Part shown: in pieces, positions 48,849 through 58,202 of the stretch
Layout: every line of letters begins with the position of its first letter
How positions within the stretch are numbered: position 1 is the first letter of the stretch
Source: an uncultured delta proteobacterium
Lineage (GTDB): Bacteria; Myxococcota_A; Polyangia; Fen-1088
Direction of reading: 5' to 3'
NCBI GenBank assembly: GCA_963737265.1
Contig: CAVTRY010000023.1
Coordinates: forward strand, 128,001-192,000
DNA length: 64,000 nucleotides
Made by a program: the position numbers and the translations under genes
Notes under the pieces: generated by a model
Told to the model about the DNA's origin: nothing
Seen by the model: the letters and a program-made list of their open reading frames with translations, nothing else
Database searches by the model: none

Positions 48849-49108
48849 AGCTCAACAACGCAGAGGTGGCACTCATCAAGTGTGCTCTCGCTCAGTACCG
48901 AGCGGCGCAGGCAGATCGTGTAAACGCCGTTCGAGGGTCTTGGTGCGACCATTGCGAACGCTGGCGAAGGCAAAAGGATTGCCTCCACGGCTTGTGCTCT
49001 GACTGTTCCGCTCTCCTCGGTGAGATCATTGAGAAGCTGCAACGGTCTCGCTCTTCGAACGAAAAGCCAGAAGCGCCGCCACTCAGCCATCCTGCCATCG
49101 CCGGTTGA
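48845..49108 (+). CDS. small CxxC-containing hypothetical protein
   Basis: Overlaps ardC stop; WCDHC and LCSDC pairs. Confidence 0.45.
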   Translation: MKLNNAEVALIKCALAQYRAAQADRVNAVRGSWCDHCERWRRQKDCLHGLCSDCSALLGEIIEKLQRSRSSNEKPEAPPLSHPAIAG

Positions 49109-49555
49109 TACTTAAAGTCTCCACTTCGCCTCTCGAGGCGAGTGGAGACTCTCCATTTTCTAGCGAGGCGCCGGGCGCGGTCCCTGGTTGACCGCGCCAA
49201 GCTCCGGATCTCTACCCCCCTCTTTTCTTCCAAGTCCGACGGTCAATACGCGAATGACGACGACCGAGGGAGCGTCACCCGCACGCTCAGCCGGGGAACT
49301 CCCTGCGCCCCACGCGAACGCCAAGTGCTCATCCATCAGCAACCCTAACTCCGCCGTAGCCTTCCGCAGTACTTCGACATTGTCGCCTTTCAGCGCAACC
49401 TGCACGTTCGTGATCGCATCTGAGACGGTCTGCAAAACCAACCTCGCAAGCCGATACCGGTTTTCTCGAAGAATCCGCCTCGCCTGCGCAACCAGCCCAT
49501 CACCACGGCCGGCACGAGTCAGAACCCGCACCTGGTTTCCTACGGGGCCAGTAAC

Positions 49556-49768
49556 ATGTTGCTGACCTTCAAGTCCGGAACATCGTCGGCCGGGCAGATC
49601 TACGATGCCGGCACCGGAGCCACCGTGGGCTCGCAGTTCACCATCGCGGTGCCCGACCATCCTTGGCAGTCGTTCAAGCCGTTCCCGGACGGCAGCGTGG
49701 CCTGCGCGGCCGTGGGCTCGGCTTCGGCCACCATCCAGATCGCGCGGGTCATGCCCTGCGCGAACTAG
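49556..49768 (+). pseudogene. C-terminal fragment of a secreted protein
   Basis: High-GC coding-like segment ending IARVMPCAN* with abrupt compositional change upstream. Confidence 0.4.
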
Positions 49769-49935
49769 CTGGGGGCTGTCCCGCCGCTTGGCGGCCTAGT
49801 CGGTACACCGCCCCTTTTGCATCACCAGCAGAAACGCCGATAACGCGTCCCAACCAACAGAGGTGCCGGCGCACAGTATCGCCCCGTTCGACCTGTGGTA
49901 CTGTAGCTGCGGCACATCCGCGCTCCTATTTCAGG

Positions 49936-51307
49936 CTACGGGAGAGTCTCCTTCTGGAACTGGGTCCAGGCCGTGTCGACGATCTTCGCCAACCCATAGC
50001 TGCCACAGTGACTGCTGCTTGGAGCAATGCAGAGAGACACCTCCGTATTGGCTGCGCAGGACATATACGTCTGACATATCGAGTTGATCGGATTCGTCAT
50101 CGGCGAACCGGTGCACATGTCGAAGTTCGCCCAGGTTGCGAAGTTCAACTGCGCGCTCGGGAAGACGAAGTCGGACCTGCAAGTGACTCCTGGCGGGCAG
50201 TCCGCATTCCTCACCACCGTCACCCCGCCGTTGTACGGGACGATGGAGTTATCCTGGCCCTCGTCGAAGGCGGTCACCGAGATCGGTCGCGGGAGCATGC
50301 ACGTGCAAGCCGTGTTATTGGTCGGCGTCAGCGCCGCACCGGCCGCCGCGGTGGCCGGATCTGTGCCGGTGACACATCGAAAGTCGACCGGCGCGACTGC
50401 AGCAATCATGTCGGCGGCCTTGCAGGCGAGCATGTAGGCCATGCCACCCCCGTTAGAACAACCGCTCGCGTAGACGCGCTTTGGATCGACGCAAGTGTTG
50501 GTTTCCAGGAACTTGAGCATGTCCCGCGTGAACTGGACGTCATCGAGTGGCTGTTGCTGGGCACCTTCGCAACAGTAACCGACATTCCATCCGTTGCCGC
50601 CATTCGGCCCCGAGTCGGGGAACACGGCGATGCAGCCCACGCTGTCACACTTCTTGTTCCAGCCCGACGAGCCCTCTTGTCCAGCTCCCGTGCCGCCGAG
50701 GGGGTGAAAATCGAAGATCACCGGTAGCGGGGACGATCCGTTGTAGTTCGTCGGCAGGTGGACGATGAACGTTCGTGACTTGCCACCAGAGGTGATGGTC
50801 TCGTTCGTGTCGCCAGCCTTGAGAGTGCCGGAGCAGGCACCTGTCGCTCCTCCGGTTCCAGTCGTTCCCGCGGTTCCGGTCGTACCGCCCCGCCCGGCGC
50901 TCCCCGTCGTACCCGCAGTCCCGGTCGCGCCGCCGCGCCCAGCGCCGCCAGTCACCCCCGAGGTGCCCGTCGTGCCCGCAGTTCCCGTCGTTCCGCCACG
51001 GCCACCTATCCCGGTAGTGCCAGCTGAGCCGGTCGTGCCTGCACTTCCAATGGTTCCAGCTGCTCCGGTGGTCATTGTTCCCGCGCCGCTCGTCCCGGCA
51101 GTACCAGTCGTCCCGCCTCTGCCGGTGGTCCCCGCGCCCGCGCCGGCGCCGCCCGCCCCGGTCCTCCCACCGGATTCCGGCTTCGGTCGAACCGGAGGAT
51201 GCGCAAGCCGAAAGCGAGCCGGCGGCAATCGCGACGGCAAGCAGGGAAAAGGGTCGAAAAGAGCTCGTCACGTTCCTTTGATGACCGCTACCCGACGTCG
51301 AGTTCAT
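49936..51307 (-). CDS. lipoprotein esterase (PHB-depolymerase/CE1-like) with Gly/Thr linker; +1 frameshift near 51175
   Basis: IVHLPTNY, DFHPLGG, WNVGYCC, GCSNGG nucleophile elbow; signal peptide LLAVAIAAGSLSAC lies in the adjacent frame. Confidence 0.82.
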
Positions 51308-51591
51308 CGAACGCCTCCTTTGTGGATTGCGGCGTCCGTCCCGGCAAGCTACCGACTCGGGCGCTACCTGGACCGAAGGCTAGGCCGCATATCGTTGCTG
51401 TGTCAACCGGCTGTTGTATCCACTGTATCCACAAGACGGCTCGACGCGACCGATCCTATCGCGCAATCGATGCCGGCCACTCCGTCCACCTGCTTCTCAC
51501 CGTCCATTTCGGGTCTGGAAGGGGCCTTCCAGAGTACAATCGGCGCCCTGCACCCTTCGCCCCCCACCCCCGCCGCAACCCTGGAGTAGCG

Positions 51592-54500
51592 ATGCTCAAG
51601 ACCGTTCGTGACGCATGTGAACCCCACGCCGCAGCCCTCGACTTCAGCCCCGCCGAGCAAGTCGAGGATCTGGCACAGGTGATCGCCGAACAGGCCGACG
51701 GTCGCGCCTTCTACGCCAAGAACCACATCACGGCGGGCATGCGGCAGCTCTTCGAGCTGGGTCTCAAGCGGTTGGCGGGCAAGAACGATCAGGCCATCTT
51801 CGAGCTGACCCAGGCCATGGGCGGCGGCAAGACGCACACCATGGTGGCGTTCGGCCTGCTGGCCCGAAACGAGTCGCTCCGCGCCGAGGTCGTGCCGACC
51901 ATTGCAGCGGAGGCGCCGTTCGACCGCGCCAAGGTCGTGGCCTTCACCGGTCGCAACTACCCCGAGCGCTTCCTGTGGGGCGAGATCGCGCGCCAGCTCG
52001 GGCAGGACGACGCCTTCAAGCGGTACTGGCAGGACGGCCCCACGGCCCCCGACGAGAAGGCGTGGATCGGCCTGATCGGCGATGAGCCGACCCTGCTCCT
52101 GCTGGACGAGCTACCGCCCTACTTCGACAACGCCCTGACCATCCAGGTGGGCGCCGGCACCCTGGCGCAGGTGACGACCGCGGCGGTGTCCAACCTGTTC
52201 GCGGCCGCCCTGAAACTGCCACGCCTGTGCATCGTCGTATCGAACCTCAGCGGAAGCTACGAGGGCGCGTCGAAGGACTTGCGACGCGCCATCCGCAACG
52301 TCGAGCAGGAGGCACGCCGTCAGGCCAAGCCCATCACCCCGGTGGAGCTTGGCGGCGACGAGGTCTACCAGATCCTCAAGAAGCGCCTGTTCGCACGCCT
52401 CCCAGCCGAGAAGGACGTCGAGACGGTGGCACAGGAGTTCGCCAAGGCCATCAAGGAGGCCGAAAAATCCAAGACCATCGCCAAGAGCACGGAACAGATC
52501 GTCGAGGAGATCCGCGGCTCCTATCCCTTTCATCCAGGAATCAAGGACATCATCGCGCTCTTCCGCAAGAACGAGAGCTTCCGACAGACCCGCGGCCTAA
52601 TGCAGTTCGTTTCCCGGATGATTCGCTCGGTGTGGCGGCGCAAGGACAACGACGTACACCTCATCGGGCTGCAGCACCTCGACCTGAACGACAGCGAGGT
52701 TCGCGACGAGCTCCAGCGCATCAACGACCTGCGCGGCGCCATCGCCTGCGACGTGGCGGCCGGCGGGGCCGCGCACGCCGAAACCATCAACGTCGAGATG
52801 GACTGCGACGCGGGGTCACAGGTGGCGACGCTGTTGCTCGCCTCGTCGCTGTCCAGCGCGGTCGACGCCGTCAAGGGCATGACCCGCCAACGTCTGCTCG
52901 AGCACCTCATCGCGCCGCACCGGACGGGAGATGAGTTCGCCGATGCTTTCGGTCACCTCGTGCGGGAGGCATGGTACCTGCACCGCGACCAGAGTGACGC
53001 CTACTACTTCTCCAACACCGAGAACCTGACCAAGCGGCTGGCCACCGAGGCCGAGCGCGCGCCGCAGAACAAGGTCGACCAAGAGATGCGGCGCCGGATC
53101 GAGACCATCTTCGAGCCGAAACGCAAGCACGCCTACCAGGCGCTCAAAGCCCTGCCCGTCATCGCCGAGGTGGATCTCAAGGGCTCGCGGATGCTCCTGG
53201 TGCTGAGCCCGGACACCAAGAATCCCCCGGTGGAGGCCCAGCGCTTCTTCGACTCGGTGGTAGAGAAGAACAACCTCTGTGTGCTGACCGGCGATGGCTC
53301 GGACATCAGCAGCCTGGAGGACAAGACCCGCGCCCTCTACGCCATCGCGAAGCTGCGCGCCGAGATCCCGGAATCCGACCCCAAGCAGAAGGATCTCGAC
53401 GACAAGGAAGAAGGCGCCGAGCAGGACTTCAACTCGACCCTCACCGCGACCTTCAACCGCATCTGGTATCCGACCAAGGCCGGGCTCCAGCCGGCCAAGC
53501 TGGCCATGACCTTCAGCGGGAACCACTTCGACGGCGAGCAGCAGGTCGAAGACGCCTTGGCGTCCACGGGCGTCAGCAAGCTGGTGATCGACCTGGACAA
53601 GGAGGGGCTGGTCCAGATCAAGAAGGCCGAAGAGCTGCTCTGGCCGCAGGGCCAGAAAGCGGTGCCCTGGCGAGACCTCAAGGCGCGCGCCATCTCGAAT
53701 CCACGCTGGACCTGGCTGCCCCAAAACGGGCTCGACCAGCTCAAGAAGCTGGCCGAACAGCAGGGGCGGTGGCGCGATCGCGGCGATGGCTATGAAGAGC
53801 AAGGCCCCTTCGAGGCGCCCAAGACCTCGGTTCGGATCGAGCTCGTCTCTCACGATGGCGAGACCGGAGAGGCCGTTTTGGAGGTCACGCCGGTCGGCTG
53901 CGTGGCAGCCCAAGTTTTCTACGCAACAAAATCCGAGGTCACGCCGAAAAGTCTTCGTATGACCGAGACGAAGCTAAAAACCTCCGAGGTCAGGCTGTGG
54001 TTCCGCGCCTTCGACCCAACCAAGGAACGGGAGCCGGGTGAGCCGGTGCCCTGGAGCAATCAGCTAACCATCACCCACCAGGTCCATGGCCAGGGCAGCA
54101 AGCGCCGGGTCGAGCTGAAGGTGGTGCCCAAGGCCCTGCTCCGTTACACCCTTACCGGCGCGAACCCGGCCGAGGGCAAGACCTACACCACGCCCTTCGA
54201 CATCGATGGCAAGGAGCAGACGATCTATTGTCACGCCGACGCCGAGGGTGTTACCGCGACCCGCCAGTTCATCATTCCGCCCGCCGGGGAGAAAGAGATC
54301 CGCCTCGATCCGGACAAGGCGGCCGTGTTGCGCAGACGCATCGACACCGAGAGCACGCCGGAGGCGTTCCAGCTCTTCGAACAGTGCAAGAAGGACCGCG
54401 CCAAGCTCCGCGGAGTCAGCGTCGAGGTGGGCACGGGCGAGAAGACCGCTATCCTCCGCTTCGGCAACGATGCCGCCGTCACCCCCGAGGCCCTGGCCAC

Positions 54501-54651
54501 CCTGACCCAGGCCATGCGCGCGGCCATCGGTGACGAGATGTCGGAAGTGCAGGTGCTGGTCAGGGCAACCGAGTTCCCGAGCGGGCACGACTTGAGCGAG
54601 TTCGCCAGGGAGCGGTCGATCGCTCTCGAGCCCAATGAGGTTGAGCAGTGA
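51592..54651 (+). CDS. anti-phage-associated DUF499 ATPase
   Basis: QAMGGGKTH Walker A, LLLLDELPPY Walker B, SYPFHP, FRQTRG; GGAG RBS before ATG 51592. Confidence 0.9.
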   Translation: MLKTVRDACEPHAAALDFSPAEQVEDLAQVIAEQADGRAFYAKNHITAGMRQLFELGLKRLAGKNDQAIFELTQAMGGGKTHTMVAFGLLARNESLRAEVVPTIAAEAPFDRAKVVAFTGRNYPERFLWGEIARQLGQDDAFKRYWQDGPTAPDEKAWIGLIGDEPTLLLLDELPPYFDNALTIQVGAGTLAQVTTAAVSNLFAAALKLPRLCIVVSNLSGSYEGASKDLRRAIRNVEQEARRQAKPITPVELGGDEVYQILKKRLFARLPAEKDVETVAQEFAKAIKEAEKSKTIAKSTEQIVEEIRGSYPFHPGIKDIIALFRKNESFRQTRGLMQFVSRMIRSVWRRKDNDVHLIGLQHLDLNDSEVRDELQRINDLRGAIACDVAAGGAAHAETINVEMDCDAGSQVATLLLASSLSSAVDAVKGMTRQRLLEHLIAPHRTGDEFADAFGHLVREAWYLHRDQSDAYYFSNTENLTKRLATEAERAPQNKVDQEMRRRIETIFEPKRKHAYQALKALPVIAEVDLKGSRMLLVLSPDTKNPPVEAQRFFDSVVEKNNLCVLTGDGSDISSLEDKTRALYAIAKLRAEIPESDPKQKDLDDKEEGAEQDFNSTLTATFNRIWYPTKAGLQPAKLAMTFSGNHFDGEQQVEDALASTGVSKLVIDLDKEGLVQIKKAEELLWPQGQKAVPWRDLKARAISNPRWTWLPQNGLDQLKKLAEQQGRWRDRGDGYEEQGPFEAPKTSVRIELVSHDGETGEAVLEVTPVGCVAAQVFYATKSEVTPKSLRMTETKLKTSEVRLWFRAFDPTKEREPGEPVPWSNQLTITHQVHGQGSKRRVELKVVPKALLRYTLTGANPAEGKTYTTPFDIDGKEQTIYCHADAEGVTATRQFIIPPAGEKEIRLDPDKAAVLRRRIDTESTPEAFQLFEQCKKDRAKLRGVSVEVGTGEKTAILRFGNDAAVTPEALATLTQAMRAAIGDEMSEVQVLVRATEFPSGHDLSEFARERSIALEPNEVEQ

Positions 54652-55256
54652 AGAAAGAGCCAAGGCCGACCGTGGGCTTCGGCGTCCCGGACGCGACCGA
54701 CCCACATCACATGGTCGTCACCATCCCACGCGGCCGCGACGAACCCGTGCTTGTCGCCGAGCACTTTGGCGTGCGTGCGAACGCCGAGGGCATGCCAGAC
54801 GTGGTCGAGCGGGTCGAGCTTGGCCGGAGCCGCTGGACCGCCATCGCCGATACCCTGCGCCGCGCCTTCAACGAGCGTCTGAAGGAGAAGGGCATTGCCC
54901 TCAGCAAGTGGAGCACGGGCGACAACAAGGTCGAGCGGCTGCTTGGCAAGGAGCTTTGTGTCCTGGCCTGGGCCATCGAGAAGGCGCCGGAGGACCTCGT
55001 CCCCGTGGCCATCACCAACTGGCTTGGTTTTCGCCCCGAGGAGCGCTGGTGGCTGTTCACCATGACCGCCGCCGCGACCGGCGGCATCGACGACGGCGAG
55101 ATCGGCTGGCGCAAGGCCCTGCGCTTCGCCCTGACCGAGAACCCCACCTCGGCCGAGGCCCACATGGTCGCGAAGAAACCCATTCGGCGCGCCCGGCGCG
55201 ACGATGGCTCGCTGTCGCTGTTCGAGCGGCTCGGCGACAAGCACGGGGGCGCCTAG
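54648..55256 (+). CDS. anti-phage-associated DUF3780 protein
   Basis: VGFG, FNERLK, VERLLGKELCVLAWAIE, RPEERWWL, GWRKALRFAL; GTGA overlap. Confidence 0.9.
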   Translation: MKKEPRPTVGFGVPDATDPHHMVVTIPRGRDEPVLVAEHFGVRANAEGMPDVVERVELGRSRWTAIADTLRRAFNERLKEKGIALSKWSTGDNKVERLLGKELCVLAWAIEKAPEDLVPVAITNWLGFRPEERWWLFTMTAAATGGIDDGEIGWRKALRFALTENPTSAEAHMVAKKPIRRARRDDGSLSLFERLGDKHGGA

Positions 55257-55259
55257 GAG

Positions 55260-58202
55260 ATGCCCAAGCTCGTCCCGCTGGCCTGGAAGGACAGGCCGTC
55301 GCTGATCGAGGTGGCATTCCCGGCGCAGAAGATCTCCATCGAATCGCAGTGCGAGAGAAAGTCGAATGCCGGCCAGACCCTGACCGCGCTTGGCAGCTAC
55401 TGGAAAGGGCGGAAACCCCTGGTGCTGGTGCGAGCCTGCGTGCTCGGCGGGCTCTTGCCCGCGACCGACGATGCCGAGAAGGATTTCGAGATCTTCGAGC
55501 TGCTCATGGCCATCGACGATGCGGCCTTCGAGCGCAGGGCCAAGAAGCTGTCCAGCGAGGACATTGTCCGCTGGGGCGGGGGCTTGAAGGCGAGCTTGCT
55601 CGACGACCAGGGGCGCGTGAAGAAGCTGCCGGTCCAGGAACGGCAGCGACTGTTCGGCCAGGTGCTCGGGCGCATGCCCTACGGCGCGCGCTTGGATCGT
55701 CGCAGTCTGCGGCCCGAGGAGCTGCCGGACAGCGCGTACGAGGGGATCTGGGATCGGGTCAATGCCCACCTGGGCACCGATGCCCACAGCCACGCCGAGC
55801 TGGTCGAGCAGCTCGGCATCCTTCGCTTCGGGCACCGGCCGCGCTTGGCCGACACCTTCTGCGGGGGCGGCTCTATCCCCTTCGAGGCGGCCCGGCTCGG
55901 CTGCGACGTCTTCGCCAGCGATCTCAACCCCATCGCCTGCATGCTGACCTGGGGCGCCTTTCACATCATCGGCGCCGACGCCAAAACAAGGGCCGCGATC
56001 GCGAAGGCACAAGAGGAAGTCGCGGCTGCCGTGGACGCGGAGATCACCCGGCTTGGTATCGAGCACGACAGCGAAGGCAACCGCGCCAAGGCGTACCTGT
56101 ACTGTCTGGAGGCACGCTGCCCCGAGACCGGATGGATGGTGCCGCTCGCCCAATCGTGGCTCGTAAGCGAGACTCGTCGATGCGTAGCGATCCTGCGGAC
56201 CGATCCAGGACGCAGACGATTCGAAATCCACATCAAGGAGGGCGCAACTGACGATGAGATCGCGCAAGCCCGTCTCGGCACCGTCCGCGACGGCCGGATG
56301 CTCTACACTCTTGATGGTCAGGAGCACATGACGCCGATCCGAACCTTGCGCGGGGATAGATGCGCGGGTGATGGAACGACCAACGATCTCCGTCGCTGGG
56401 AGAAGTCGGACTTCAAGCCGCGGCCAGACGATGTCTTCCAGGAACGGCTGTACTGCGTGCAGTGGGCGCGCAAAGGGAATCCTCGCGACACGTTCTTCCG
56501 CGACGTAGGGCTTGACGATTTGGCCCGCGAGGCCAAGGTGGAGGCCATCGTCGCGAAGAACCTCGCCAGCTGGCAAGAGAGCGGCCTCGTGCCCGACATG
56601 CCGATTGAGCCGGGTGAGAAGACCGACGAACCGATCCGAACGCGAGGTTGGACCTACTGGCATCACTTGTTCACACCGCGGAATCTGCTCTACGACGCTC
56701 TCTACAAGGAAAGATGCTTCCATGTAGAAGAATCGACGGTACAGGGAACGTTGGCGTTCACCCTCAACAGTCTCGCAGATTGCTCTGCCAAGCTGTCACG
56801 TTGGGAGATCGGGGCCATCCGACAGAAGCCCGGCGGTGGTTCGCCCGGCGATGCTGTGAAACGCGTCTTCTACAACATGGCGCTAAACACGATGTACGTG
56901 TATGGCACACGTTCCTTCGGACACCTTAGCGAATCTCTCGCGTCCAACGAATACGCGGTGGCGTCTCTTCCACTTGGCACAGAACGTACAGTGTCGGCGG
57001 AGCCCGCCTCAGACTTCAACGGAAGCTGGGATGTTTTCGTGACAGATCCTCCCTATGCTGATGCGGTCCGGTACGAGGAGATTACGGAGTTCTTCATCGC
57101 CTGGCTGCGAAGAAACCCGCCTGCGCCGTTCCGTGATTGGATCTGGGACAGCCGCCGCGCGCTGGCCATCAAGGGTGGCGGCGAGGACTTCCGGCGCGAG
57201 ATGGTGAAGGCCTACTCGGCCATGACGGCCCACATGCCGGACAACGGGCTGCAGGTCGTCATGTTCACTCACCAAGACGCCGGTGTTTGGGCGGACATGG
57301 CCGGAATTCTCTGGGGCGCCGGCCTGCAGGTGAAAGCGGCCTGGTACATCGCCACCGAGACGACCTCCGAGCTCAAGAAGGGCGGCTATGTCCAGGGGAC
57401 CGTCCTGCTCATCCTGCGCAAGCGTCAGGGCAGCGAGAGCATCTACAAGGACGAGCTGGTGCTGGAGATCAAGAAAGAGGTCGCCCATCAGATCGAGACG
57501 ATGATTGGGCTCAACCAGCGTACCCGCGCCCACGGGCGCTCCGAGAACCTCTTCGAGGATGCCGACCTTCAGATGGCGGGCTATGCAGCTGCCCTGCGGG
57601 TTCTAACCGGCTACACGCAGATCGAGGGCATGGACATGACCCGCGAGGCCCTGCGCCCCCGCACCAAGGACGCGTCGCTGGTCGACGAGATGATCGATTT
57701 CGCCGTGCAGGTGGCGAACGAGCATCTGATCCCCGAGGGCTTGCCCCCCAAGGTGTGGGAGCGCCTGACCGGCAGCGAGCGCTTCTATTTGCGCATGCTG
57801 GACATCGAAGAAGACGGCGCGAAGAAGCTGGATAACTACCAGAACTTCGCCAAGGCCTTTCGCGTCGCCGCGTGGCAGCCGCTCATGGCCTCGATGAAGC
57901 CCAACGACGCTCGCCTGAAGTCGGCGGCTGACCTCAAGCGCGCGGAGTTCAGCGGCTCCGAGTTCGGCGGCTCGATGCTGCGGGCGATGCTGTATGCCCT
58001 GCACGAGCTGCAAGCCGAGGTCGAGCCCGACGAGGTGATGAGCCATCTGCGCGACAACGTGCCGGGCTACTACTCGCGGCGCGAGGAGCTGGTCGCCATC
58101 GCGCCCTACCTGGCCGCCAAGCTCGAACGGCGCCGGCCCGAAGAGGCCTCCGCCGCGCGGGTCCTGCACGGCCTGGTCCGCAACGAGAAGCTAGGGGCAT
58201 GA
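55260..58202 (+). CDS. anti-phage-associated DUF1156 DNA methyltransferase
   Basis: SNAGQTLTALGSYWKGRKPL, DTFCGGGSIPFEA (SAM binding), VTDPPY (catalytic), MFTHQ. Confidence 0.92.
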   Translation: MPKLVPLAWKDRPSLIEVAFPAQKISIESQCERKSNAGQTLTALGSYWKGRKPLVLVRACVLGGLLPATDDAEKDFEIFELLMAIDDAAFERRAKKLSSEDIVRWGGGLKASLLDDQGRVKKLPVQERQRLFGQVLGRMPYGARLDRRSLRPEELPDSAYEGIWDRVNAHLGTDAHSHAELVEQLGILRFGHRPRLADTFCGGGSIPFEAARLGCDVFASDLNPIACMLTWGAFHIIGADAKTRAAIAKAQEEVAAAVDAEITRLGIEHDSEGNRAKAYLYCLEARCPETGWMVPLAQSWLVSETRRCVAILRTDPGRRRFEIHIKEGATDDEIAQARLGTVRDGRMLYTLDGQEHMTPIRTLRGDRCAGDGTTNDLRRWEKSDFKPRPDDVFQERLYCVQWARKGNPRDTFFRDVGLDDLAREAKVEAIVAKNLASWQESGLVPDMPIEPGEKTDEPIRTRGWTYWHHLFTPRNLLYDALYKERCFHVEESTVQGTLAFTLNSLADCSAKLSRWEIGAIRQKPGGGSPGDAVKRVFYNMALNTMYVYGTRSFGHLSESLASNEYAVASLPLGTERTVSAEPASDFNGSWDVFVTDPPYADAVRYEEITEFFIAWLRRNPPAPFRDWIWDSRRALAIKGGGEDFRREMVKAYSAMTAHMPDNGLQVVMFTHQDAGVWADMAGILWGAGLQVKAAWYIATETTSELKKGGYVQGTVLLILRKRQGSESIYKDELVLEIKKEVAHQIETMIGLNQRTRAHGRSENLFEDADLQMAGYAAALRVLTGYTQIEGMDMTREALRPRTKDASLVDEMIDFAVQVANEHLIPEGLPPKVWERLTGSERFYLRMLDIEEDGAKKLDNYQNFAKAFRVAAWQPLMASMKPNDARLKSAADLKRAEFSGSEFGGSMLRAMLYALHELQAEVEPDEVMSHLRDNVPGYYSRREELVAIAPYLAAKLERRRPEEASAARVLHGLVRNEKLGA

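Noticed and set aside
51199-51591. N-terminal extension of the DUF499 ORF
   Set aside because: Overlaps the divergent esterase start; an RBS and a family-like start occur at 51592.
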